Source: Elusimicrobiota bacterium
GTDB taxonomy: Bacteria; Elusimicrobiota; Elusimicrobia; F11
Length of the DNA stretch: 25,716 nucleotides
Reading direction: 5' to 3'
Assembly (NCBI GenBank): GCA_046153645.1
Contig: JBJXGI010000023.1
Coordinates: forward strand, 1-25,716
In this document: in pieces, positions 8,447-16,412 of the stretch
Layout: the number at the start of each line of letters is the position of its first letter
Numbering within the stretch: position 1 is the first letter of the stretch
Notes under the pieces: generated by a model
Seen by the model: the letters and a program-made list of their open reading frames with translations, nothing else
What the model was told of the DNA's origin: nothing
The model's database searches: none
Program-made: the position numbers and the translations under genes

Positions 8447-10141
8447 GTGACCAGCTTAGCGTTTATTGCCATAACAGCCATTCTTTTATTTGGACTTGGT
8501 TATCGTTTTTACTCAAAATTATTTTTAAAAATCTTTGACATCAAAGATTCAAGGAAAACCCCTGCCCATGAGTTTCAAGATGGGGAAGACTTTATCCCCA
8601 CTCGCCCCTCAATGCTTCTGGGACAACATTTTTCTGCCATCGCAGCGGTGGGCCCTATCGCGGGGCCTATTTTGGCAGGCATACAATATGGCTGGGTGAT
8701 GACCCTGATCTGGATTATTGTTGGTGCTGTTATGATCGGTGCGGTCCATGATATGGGTGCTATGTTTATTTCTGTTCGCCACCAAGGAAGATCCATCGGT
8801 GACATCATGAAAGACTATTTAGGACGGCGAGCGTCATTGGTTTTTTCTGGATTTATTTGGTTTAGCCTTATTTATGTTATCACTGTTTTTACCGATCTGA
8901 CGTCATCTGCCTTTGTGAACCGACCAGAACTAGGAATTGAAAACTTTGGCCCCGGAGTCGCGACGTCCTCACTCCTCTATCTATTACTCGGAATTCTCAT
9001 GGGAGTTTGCCTGATTAAGTTTAAAATGAAACTCTCCTACGCAACGGCCCTTTTTGTTCCGCTTATTTTTCTTATTATCTGGATAGGCCAGAAAATTCCG
9101 ATTTTTTTTAATGGGGACGCGCTCGATCAGCAAAGAATATGGAATATCATTATTATCGTTTACTGTTTTTTTGCTTCTATTGTTCCAATGTGGCTCCTTC
9201 TTCAACCGAGAGGTTATCTGGGGGGCCTTATTCTTTATGCCACTTTTATTGTGGGCATTTTTGGAATCCTGTTTGGAAAAATTCCATCTCAATTTCCGCC
9301 CATGAAATTTACATTGGGAGAGAGTCCCATTCCTATTTTTCCTCTTTTATTCACGACCATCGCTTGTGGCGCTTGTTCAGGGTTTCATGGACTTGTTTCC
9401 TCAGGAACGACATCCAAACAAATAGATAAAGAATCTCATACGCGCATTGTTGGTTATGGCGGAATGATTCTTGAAAGCTTAGTCGCCGTTATCGCTACAG
9501 CCACTCTCATGATGCTTTCTCCTGGAGATCAAATTTTAGATTTAGGACCCGATGAAATTTATGCCAGAGGCCTGGCCCATTTCATGGAAGTTATTGGAAT
9601 TCCATTTGCCGCGGGAGTGACTTTTGGAAAATTGGCCTTTGCTACTTTTATTTATGACACACTGGATGTAAGTACGCGATTGGGGCGTTATGTCATTCAA
9701 GAAATCACACAACTGAAGGGGAAAATGGGTGCCATTCTATCAACACTCATCACTTTGATGATTCCTGTTTTTATTGTTTTTCTTCGTTTTCATGATGCCA
9801 ATGGGAATCCAATCCCTCTTTGGAAAGTTGTTTGGCCTGCCTTTGGCGCGTCCAATCAATTATTGGCTGCTTTGACTCTCTTAAGTCTTACCTTGTGGCA
9901 AAAAATAGAAAAGAGAAATTGGGTTATTATTGGGATTCCTGCCCTTTTAATGACAGTTTTTAGTTATAACTCTCTTTTATTAATTCTCAAGAAAAAATGG
10001 ATGGCGCAATCAATCGGTATTTTTGCTGACCCCGTGGGAGTCACTGCAATGGGGCTTATCATTCTGGCAACGTGGTATATTGGACAGATTTCAATTCGTT
10101 TTTTTCGTTGTCATTCTGAACGAAGTAAAGAATTTCATTAA
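8447..10141 (+). CDS. cstA: Carbon starvation protein A family transporter (peptide/pyruvate uptake)
   Basis: Motifs TPAH..DG.DF, GQHFSAIAAVGPIAGPI, GAVHD, WLLLQPRGYL, IACGACSGFH, SSGTTSKQ and WPAFGASNQLLA. GTG start with GGGGAG RBS. Confidence 0.93.
   Translation: MTSLAFIAITAILLFGLGYRFYSKLFLKIFDIKDSRKTPAHEFQDGEDFIPTRPSMLLGQHFSAIAAVGPIAGPILAGIQYGWVMTLIWIIVGAVMIGAVHDMGAMFISVRHQGRSIGDIMKDYLGRRASLVFSGFIWFSLIYVITVFTDLTSSAFVNRPELGIENFGPGVATSSLLYLLLGILMGVCLIKFKMKLSYATALFVPLIFLIIWIGQKIPIFFNGDALDQQRIWNIIIIVYCFFASIVPMWLLLQPRGYLGGLILYATFIVGIFGILFGKIPSQFPPMKFTLGESPIPIFPLLFTTIACGACSGFHGLVSSGTTSKQIDKESHTRIVGYGGMILESLVAVIATATLMMLSPGDQILDLGPDEIYARGLAHFMEVIGIPFAAGVTFGKLAFATFIYDTLDVSTRLGRYVIQEITQLKGKMGAILSTLITLMIPVFIVFLRFHDANGNPIPLWKVVWPAFGASNQLLAALTLLSLTLWQKIEKRNWVIIGIPALLMTVFSYNSLLLILKKKWMAQSIGIFADPVGVTAMGLIILATWYIGQISIRFFRCHSERSKEFH
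10108..10136 (+). repeat. Half copy of a GTCATTC-type palindromic repeat forming the cstA C-terminus
   Basis: TTGTCATTCTGAACGAAGTAAAGAATTTC shares its 9-bp end with the element at 6221 and translates as CHSERSKEF. Confidence 0.55.
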
Positions 10142-10158
10142 GAGTTGAAAATAAAAGC

Positions 10159-10941
10159 TCATAAATCTCGAATCCGTTTCAATGCATCTTCTCGTATGTT
10201 CGTCCCGAGTGCGGTTAACGAAGATATTTTTGTGGCCTCATCGATTAAAGTGGGACCATCAGAGAATGCATCCCTGAAATAAGTTCGAATGTTTTTCTTC
10301 ACTGTTTTTCCTAAAGGATGATCCCTAATTAATCTGGATACTGTTTTTAAAAATGTATCACCGTCAGGATGAAATCGGAGGACAAAATAAACGTAGTAAA
10401 GGTCCTTACCTTTCTTGACTCCCGGCGTTCGTTCTGTGAATGTTAAAAGTTTATGAAACACGTATTGAACAGGATTCGGGATGTTGACTAAAATTTCGCT
10501 CAATTTGATAGGAATAGTATTTTCTAGAAGCACATCTACAAATGGAAGTGCGCTGACATAAATCTCTCGACCCATCAATTTCTGACGAATGTCATTAGGG
10601 GTTTTTTCATCAATGATGAAATCTAATTCTGCGCGGGCGCCTTTGTTTGATTTAACAACAGGAACAAATGGGATTTCTTTTCCCAATTCGAGATGATGCT
10701 CACCATAATGTTTATTTGTAACCCGCTGAGAAATGGTTTCTTTTCCTGTAAAAACCATATTTCTTAGTCCGAAATCAATATCCATAGTCATTAATGGTTC
10801 TTGCATTATTTCTTTCCAAAGAAAATGAACGTAAAGAGTTGGAACCCACCCTCCAATAAGAACCAAATGAGGAAGAAAGTCTTCTAAGTCCCTAACGACC
10901 TTAATGAGAAGATCAAAATCAGACGCATTCGCTTTAGCCAA
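10159..10941 (-). CDS. Pol-beta-superfamily nucleotidyltransferase, putative type IV TA toxin (AbiEii/GSU2403-like)
   Basis: LVLIGGW...TMDIDF gives the GG + DxD motif, plus FHKLL and KGKDLYY. The TTG start overlaps the upstream gene by 8 bp. Confidence 0.75.
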   Translation of the reverse strand: MAKANASDFDLLIKVVRDLEDFLPHLVLIGGWVPTLYVHFLWKEIMQEPLMTMDIDFGLRNMVFTGKETISQRVTNKHYGEHHLELGKEIPFVPVVKSNKGARAELDFIIDEKTPNDIRQKLMGREIYVSALPFVDVLLENTIPIKLSEILVNIPNPVQYVFHKLLTFTERTPGVKKGKDLYYVYFVLRFHPDGDTFLKTVSRLIRDHPLGKTVKKNIRTYFRDAFSDGPTLIDEATKISSLTALGTNIREDALKRIRDL

Positions 10942-11623
10942 GGTGCTTCCTTTTTTGTTTTAAGACTCTTAATAGCATCTCTGCCTGCTCTAAGCCTCTT
11001 TGTGGAAAATGAAAAAGATCCAAATACAGCTGAAGATCAGAAACAACGGGGAATCCTTGCACTGATCGATGAGTAAAGAAAACAGAATTTTTATAATAAG
11101 GATTGAAGATGAAGACATTTCCACCCTGTTTCAGTTCCTTTAAGTTCAGGGCTTGCCTCAGCTTCAAAACATTCTCTTTGAATCGCGTAAAATTCATATA
11201 AAGATACATATTTGAGTCACGAACATGCATCCCCGTTAACAGATTGGCACCCGAATGGAGCGTCAGAGCAAACGTTGAACTCTTCTCGCTTTTTTTTTCG
11301 AAATAATTTTTCAAGTGTTTTAAAATATCTTTTTGCTCCGAATACAATACAACAAACTTGTTTTTTTCCATCGAATAAAAACTCGTCCACTGTTTCAAGA
11401 TATCATCTCGCCCTCGCAAAACCGCTTCAGCCAGCCGTCCCCGATCTTTTCCTTCAATGAATCCTCGATTACGTAACTCCCTCAAAACTTTGGCCACAAG
11501 TCCAATGGAAACACCATACTCTTGCACAAAATCCCTGGCTACCCATTTGCGCGTGGGATCTCTTAACATGGCCCTCAGGACAATGCTTGCTTTATCTTGA
11601 AACACGAAGGGATTAAGGATCAT
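10934..11623 (-). CDS. AbiEi-like antitoxin / transcriptional regulator (N-terminal wHTH)
   Basis: HTH region (ARDFVQEYGVSIGLVAKVLRELRNRGFI), LTLHSGANLL and C-terminal PVVSDLQLYLDL...RGLEQAE, typical of AbiEi_2-type proteins. It is paired with the NTase. Confidence 0.78.
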   Translation of the reverse strand: MILNPFVFQDKASIVLRAMLRDPTRKWVARDFVQEYGVSIGLVAKVLRELRNRGFIEGKDRGRLAEAVLRGRDDILKQWTSFYSMEKNKFVVLYSEQKDILKHLKNYFEKKSEKSSTFALTLHSGANLLTGMHVRDSNMYLYMNFTRFKENVLKLRQALNLKELKQGGNVFIFNPYYKNSVFFTHRSVQGFPVVSDLQLYLDLFHFPQRGLEQAEMLLRVLKQKRKHLG

Positions 11624-11689
11624 ATGTTCATTCCTAGTAAAAGTTCAATATATAATGAACATTATAAGAGAGTGAACATTTAAATACAA
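11624..11689 (-). promoter_or_regulatory. Sigma70 promoter and symmetric operator of the AbiEi-NTase operon
   Basis: On the minus strand: TTGTAT (11689-11684), 17 bp spacer, TATAAT (11666-11661). GTTCA at 11626 and 11643 and TGAAC at 11656 and 11673 are symmetric about 11651/11652. Confidence 0.75.
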
Positions 11690-11772
11690 GCATCATATTT
11701 CCAATTACAAACAAAGGAAGGTGTGGGAGAATCAGCAATCATAAGAGAGAAATCAATAAAAAAGACGAAAAA

Positions 11773-14700
11773 TTAATCTTTGCCACCCATTATTCTCGTA
11801 ATGCGGTGAAGAATTATCTTCTTAAGAGGTCCCAACTTTTGAGAACTCCAATTTGAAAAATCGGATAACAGCACATAGGCCATAGGAATAAGAAACAGTG
11901 TCATTGGCATGGCCAATGTTAATCCCCAGGCCAAAGCCAGTGCCATCGGAGCCACAAAAGGTTCTGTTCCACCCCAGCCATAAGCGGTTGGGAATAAACC
12001 CAAAAGAGTGGTAATTGAACTTGCAAAAATCGGCCGAAGGCGCATGGCTCCGGCTTTAATGACCGCTTGAGACCTGTCCATTCCCTCTTCAATTTTTTGA
12101 TTAATAAAACTAACCAATACAATGGCATTGTTAATAACAACTCCTGTCATGGCCACAACACCCAAGAGCGCCATAAAAGAAGCGTCCATCCCATGCAACA
12201 TGAGCGCGTATGCCACCCCCAAAAGTCCAATGGGAACCGTGAGAAGAATAATGATTAAAGGTTGCAGGTAAGAAGAAAAAATAGCGGCTAAAATCACATA
12301 ATCAAGAAAAAGAGCAACGGAAAAAGCCTTAAACAAAGATTGCATTGATTTGGCCGTCTCTTCGGCTTCTCCACCGGTAATCATTTCATAACCAGGGTAT
12401 TTAGATTTTATTTCATTGAATTTTTTAATCGCAAATTCAGTCGCCTGTTTTGAAGTTACCTTTTTGATATCAACTTGGCCTGTCACCACCGATGTGGGAC
12501 GGTGATTGTATCGTTCTAAAAAAGGAAGTCCGGCTTTTCGTTCAATCGTTGAAATTTCTCCCAATCGAATGGGTTGCCCTACGTCGTTTAATACATCTAA
12601 TTTCATGAGCTCCTGAGGTTCAGAGCGTTGATCTTCTTGAAGTCTCACCTTAATTTTAACTTCTTCGGTATTTCGACGAATTTTACTGGCTTCTCCTCCA
12701 TCAATAGCAAAATAAATATCTTGAGCAATTCGGGCTGCGTTGACGCCAGCAAACCCTGCTTCCAAATCATTCATGAGAATATGAATTTCATTTTTTCCAC
12801 CTTCCCTTGAATCTTTAAGATCACTCACCCCTTCAAGTTGAGAGAGTTCAAGTTTTAATTGGTCAATAATATCTCCAATGACTTTTCGATCTTTTCCTCT
12901 AATTCGAACATCGATAGGAGACCCCACTGGGGGGCCCGCCTGCAATTCTCGAAAAACAACTTCTCCTCGGCCAACCAACGACTCCACCTTGGGTCTTAAC
13001 GATTGAATAATTTCTTTGGTTTTCCTTTTCCTTTTCTCATCAGGAGTTAAAAATATCCGGGCTTGCGCGTACTGAGTCCCATATCGAAAATAATTTTCTT
13101 GTTCATTAAATTTAAAGCCAGTCAGTCCTGTCAGCGCGTCTAACTCTTCTTTTGGTAATTCCAACAAGGCTTTTTGAACTTGTTCAAACGTTTTCTCTGT
13201 TTCCTTCACTGCCGTGCCTTTGGGCATCTCTATTTCAACCCAAAACTGTTCAACCAATCCTTCTGGAAATAAAACCATGCGAAGCCGTTGACTTGCTAAA
13301 AACCCGGTAAAAATCATAAACCCAATAAGAAATATAAAAAATTTTAATCGGTGGTCTAAAACCCACGCCATTTTTCTTTCATAAAAAGAAACAACATATC
13401 GAAACCACTTTTTATCTTCATTTTCGTCAACAGGCTTTCCCAGCGGCATGAGCGCAACCACATGAGAAGGAAGCATAAAAAAGGCTTCCAAAACGCTCAT
13501 AACAAACGCAATAATGATCACGACCGGAATAACAATAAGAAACTTCCCCATAATCCCTGACACCAACGCGAACGGAAGAAATCCACAGCAAGAAACAGAT
13601 ACCGCTCCAATCACAGGAATAATGACTTCTTTCGTTCCATCGAGACAAGCTTGAACAGGCGACTTTCCCATTTCTAAATGCCGATAAATGTTTTCGGCCA
13701 CAACAACAGAATCGTCATCCAACATTCCCAAAACAATAATAAACCCAAGCAAACTTAAAAGGTTAATGGTAAACCCAAATGGAACAGCAATGGTAAAGAC
13801 AGTCAAAAGAGAAACTGGCACACCAATAGCCGCCACCAAAGCCAAACGCCAGTCCAAGAAAATAAAAAGAGCCAATAAAATAAGAAAGCCGCCCTGAAAA
13901 ATATTATTGGTCATTACCTTAAGACGACGTTTAATGAAATAAGAAACATCATCTGAAATAATGAGACTTAATCCCTTTTCTTGGGCTTTTGACTCATATT
14001 CTTTCTGAGTTTTTCGAACCGCCTCGGCTAAATCAATCGTATCGCCGGATTTTACTTTGCGGACATTGAGGTTAATACTCTCTAAACCATTGGTATAAGT
14101 TCGTGTTTTATTATCTTCAAATCGTTCTGTGACACTCGCAACATCTTTAACGCGAATGTAATTTCTCGCGTCGTTTCCTCGAAGAATTAAATTTCCCACT
14201 TCTTCGGCAGTTTCTTTTGAATTGACCACGCGAACGCGAACATCTTCATTTCCAATTTCAACGTTTCCGGCTGAGGCATCAATATTTTGTTGTTTGATTC
14301 GAGTTGCCACCTCTCCAAATGTCAAACGGGCCCTTGTTAGTTTATCCCGATTGACTTCAACCCAAATTTCTCGTTTTCTGTCGCCTGACTGTGTCACTTT
14401 TGACACACCGGGAATTTCTTCAATGGTATCAGCCAAATCTTCCGCAAATGCGTCTCTCACTTCCGGGTCCCCACCCGCCACGGAAAGAGTAATGAGCGGT
14501 TGATCAGACGTTAACTCTTCAACAATGGGCCGCTCAGCTTCAGGGGGAAGATCTTTAACCCGACCCACCGCTTGTTCAATATCATTAATAACTTTGTCTT
14601 TTTCTCTTTGACTTAAATCTTCATTTAACCGCACGGTGATGGCCGATCGCCCTTCCACTGAATAAGATTGAACTTTGTCAATCCCATCAACTCCGCGAAC

Positions 14701-14904
14701 TTGATCTTCAATAACATTGGTCACCAATTTTTCAACTTCATCTGGAGCAGCCCCTGGATAAATGGTTTCGATATTGACCCAATCAAAACTTATCTCTGGA
14801 AACGCCTCTCGCCTGACACTCATAAACTGTTGAATTCCAACAAGAATAAGGAATATGCTTAATAAATTGGTCAGTACTTTTCGTTTAAGGAAAAATTGAA
14901 TCAT
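11773..14904 (-). CDS. RND family efflux transporter permease (AcrB-like)
   Basis: 1043 aa with RREAFP, YPGAAPDEVEKLVT, GML-DDD-SVVVAENI, GIMGKF and RLRPI, and two large periplasmic loops. Confidence 0.93.
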   Translation of the reverse strand: MIQFFLKRKVLTNLLSIFLILVGIQQFMSVRREAFPEISFDWVNIETIYPGAAPDEVEKLVTNVIEDQVRGVDGIDKVQSYSVEGRSAITVRLNEDLSQREKDKVINDIEQAVGRVKDLPPEAERPIVEELTSDQPLITLSVAGGDPEVRDAFAEDLADTIEEIPGVSKVTQSGDRKREIWVEVNRDKLTRARLTFGEVATRIKQQNIDASAGNVEIGNEDVRVRVVNSKETAEEVGNLILRGNDARNYIRVKDVASVTERFEDNKTRTYTNGLESINLNVRKVKSGDTIDLAEAVRKTQKEYESKAQEKGLSLIISDDVSYFIKRRLKVMTNNIFQGGFLILLALFIFLDWRLALVAAIGVPVSLLTVFTIAVPFGFTINLLSLLGFIIVLGMLDDDSVVVAENIYRHLEMGKSPVQACLDGTKEVIIPVIGAVSVSCCGFLPFALVSGIMGKFLIVIPVVIIIAFVMSVLEAFFMLPSHVVALMPLGKPVDENEDKKWFRYVVSFYERKMAWVLDHRLKFFIFLIGFMIFTGFLASQRLRMVLFPEGLVEQFWVEIEMPKGTAVKETEKTFEQVQKALLELPKEELDALTGLTGFKFNEQENYFRYGTQYAQARIFLTPDEKRKRKTKEIIQSLRPKVESLVGRGEVVFRELQAGPPVGSPIDVRIRGKDRKVIGDIIDQLKLELSQLEGVSDLKDSREGGKNEIHILMNDLEAGFAGVNAARIAQDIYFAIDGGEASKIRRNTEEVKIKVRLQEDQRSEPQELMKLDVLNDVGQPIRLGEISTIERKAGLPFLERYNHRPTSVVTGQVDIKKVTSKQATEFAIKKFNEIKSKYPGYEMITGGEAEETAKSMQSLFKAFSVALFLDYVILAAIFSSYLQPLIIILLTVPIGLLGVAYALMLHGMDASFMALLGVVAMTGVVINNAIVLVSFINQKIEEGMDRSQAVIKAGAMRLRPIFASSITTLLGLFPTAYGWGGTEPFVAPMALALAWGLTLAMPMTLFLIPMAYVLLSDFSNWSSQKLGPLKKIILHRITRIMGGKD

Positions 14905-16346
14905 GGAATTTTAACCTCTAACCATTGAATAAGAATTCCCACTGACCTGGCTAAATTTGCCCGCGAAAAAATCTCATTGGTTTCGGCCGAAAGCAGTTCT
15001 AATTCTGAACGGTAGATATCTTGTTGAAATCGAACCAATAAGTCTGTATTGGACCTTCCTCTCGAAAAGTTTTTTTCCTCAGCTAATAATTTCTTTTTTT
15101 GAAGTTGGAATAATTTATCGCGCGCTTCTAATTTTTCCTTTGAAATTTTCCAAACTTGCCAGGCGTCATTGACTTCTCGATTGATTCTCTCTTGAAGAGT
15201 TTTTTGGTCTTGGAGTGCGATTTGATGGGCCAATTCTTTATTTCTCCTCAGAAGTTTTTCTTTTTTATTCCCAATTGAAAAACTAACCCCCAACCCTGCC
15301 ATAGTCACTGGATTTTTAAAATCGATAACCTGATCCCACGCTCCGTTATAATTATTATCGAGTCCTGCCGAACCATAAGATCCAGTGAAAAATAAATCTG
15401 GCAAGGTTTCTAATTTTTCACTTCGAAACGCCCACTGCGATGATTCCACAACCGCGTTTTGAGCCTTAAGATCTGCTCTATTTAAAACAGCCATCCGAAG
15501 GGCCTCATCTAATGAGCTGATGATCATTAACGGAAGCGGTGAAATAATAATTTCATTTTTTTGAGGCAAAGTTTCCTTAATGAGTTCAGATAATTTATTT
15601 TCTGCAAGTTGAAAGGATAGTTTCGACAATAAAAGCTCTGTTTTGTCCGACTCTAAAGAGGCTTCAGCTTGAAAAACATCAGACTCTTCAACAATCCCAT
15701 AACGTTTTTTTTCTAAGTTTTTCCTTAGCAATCTCTCCGAAGATTCTAAAGCGGATTGAGCAATACGAACCTGCTCTTTTGCCTCATATAAATCGAGGTG
15801 CGCTTTTAAGGCTTCTATGGCCAAAGATTCTTTTGAAAACTGAAACCGCTCTTGGGCCACCAATACATCAGACCGATATCTTTTTCGACGGGAAACATCA
15901 GGGCGTCCCCAGGCATATTTCAGCAACGATTGGCGAATTTCCAATTTCAAAATAGAATCAACAGTGGGATCAATTTCTCTAAAAAAACTGGGGTTTTTTA
16001 AACGGGTGTTTTCCCAAGCCAATCGCGTTTGAGTTCCCAAAAGCGTTTTCTGAGAAAATCCCACATTAAAAACATCTGTTTTGCTTCGATTTCCTTCAAA
16101 AACGGGAGCGGATCGAGGGGATTTATCGGTGGTGGAAGTATAAAGTGAATCAACTTGAGTATCTAAATCTGACAAAAACAATGGCTCAACAAGTTCATTT
16201 GATTGAATTTCAAATCTTTGTTTTTGAATTTCAGATGATTGGGTTAACGTTTTTTGAATGGTTTCTTGAGGGGTGAGCCCAAAAAGGAAATTCACACAAA
16301 AACATATGGTCCAAAATAAAAAAAAGGGTTTCCGACGATTTATCAT
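14901..16346 (-). CDS. TolC family outer membrane efflux protein
   Basis: Signal peptide followed by duplicated helical/beta segments (RQSLLK, ALRMAVLNRADL, LPDL, LARSVG). It has an ATGA overlap with the RND gene. Confidence 0.82.
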   Translation of the reverse strand: MINRRKPFFLFWTICFCVNFLFGLTPQETIQKTLTQSSEIQKQRFEIQSNELVEPLFLSDLDTQVDSLYTSTTDKSPRSAPVFEGNRSKTDVFNVGFSQKTLLGTQTRLAWENTRLKNPSFFREIDPTVDSILKLEIRQSLLKYAWGRPDVSRRKRYRSDVLVAQERFQFSKESLAIEALKAHLDLYEAKEQVRIAQSALESSERLLRKNLEKKRYGIVEESDVFQAEASLESDKTELLLSKLSFQLAENKLSELIKETLPQKNEIIISPLPLMIISSLDEALRMAVLNRADLKAQNAVVESSQWAFRSEKLETLPDLFFTGSYGSAGLDNNYNGAWDQVIDFKNPVTMAGLGVSFSIGNKKEKLLRRNKELAHQIALQDQKTLQERINREVNDAWQVWKISKEKLEARDKLFQLQKKKLLAEEKNFSRGRSNTDLLVRFQQDIYRSELELLSAETNEIFSRANLARSVGILIQWLEVKIP

Positions 16347-16412
16347 GAGATTTTATTAGGCACAGAAATTGTAACAAAACCAAAACAGAATAAGTTCGAA
16401 TACAATAAAAAG

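Noticed and set aside
11626..11677. GTTC/GAAC motifs as a LexA (SOS) box
   Set aside because: The spacing and orientation fit neither GAAC-N4-GTTC nor GTTC-N7-GTTC. Autoregulation by the AbiEi-like protein is the simpler explanation.
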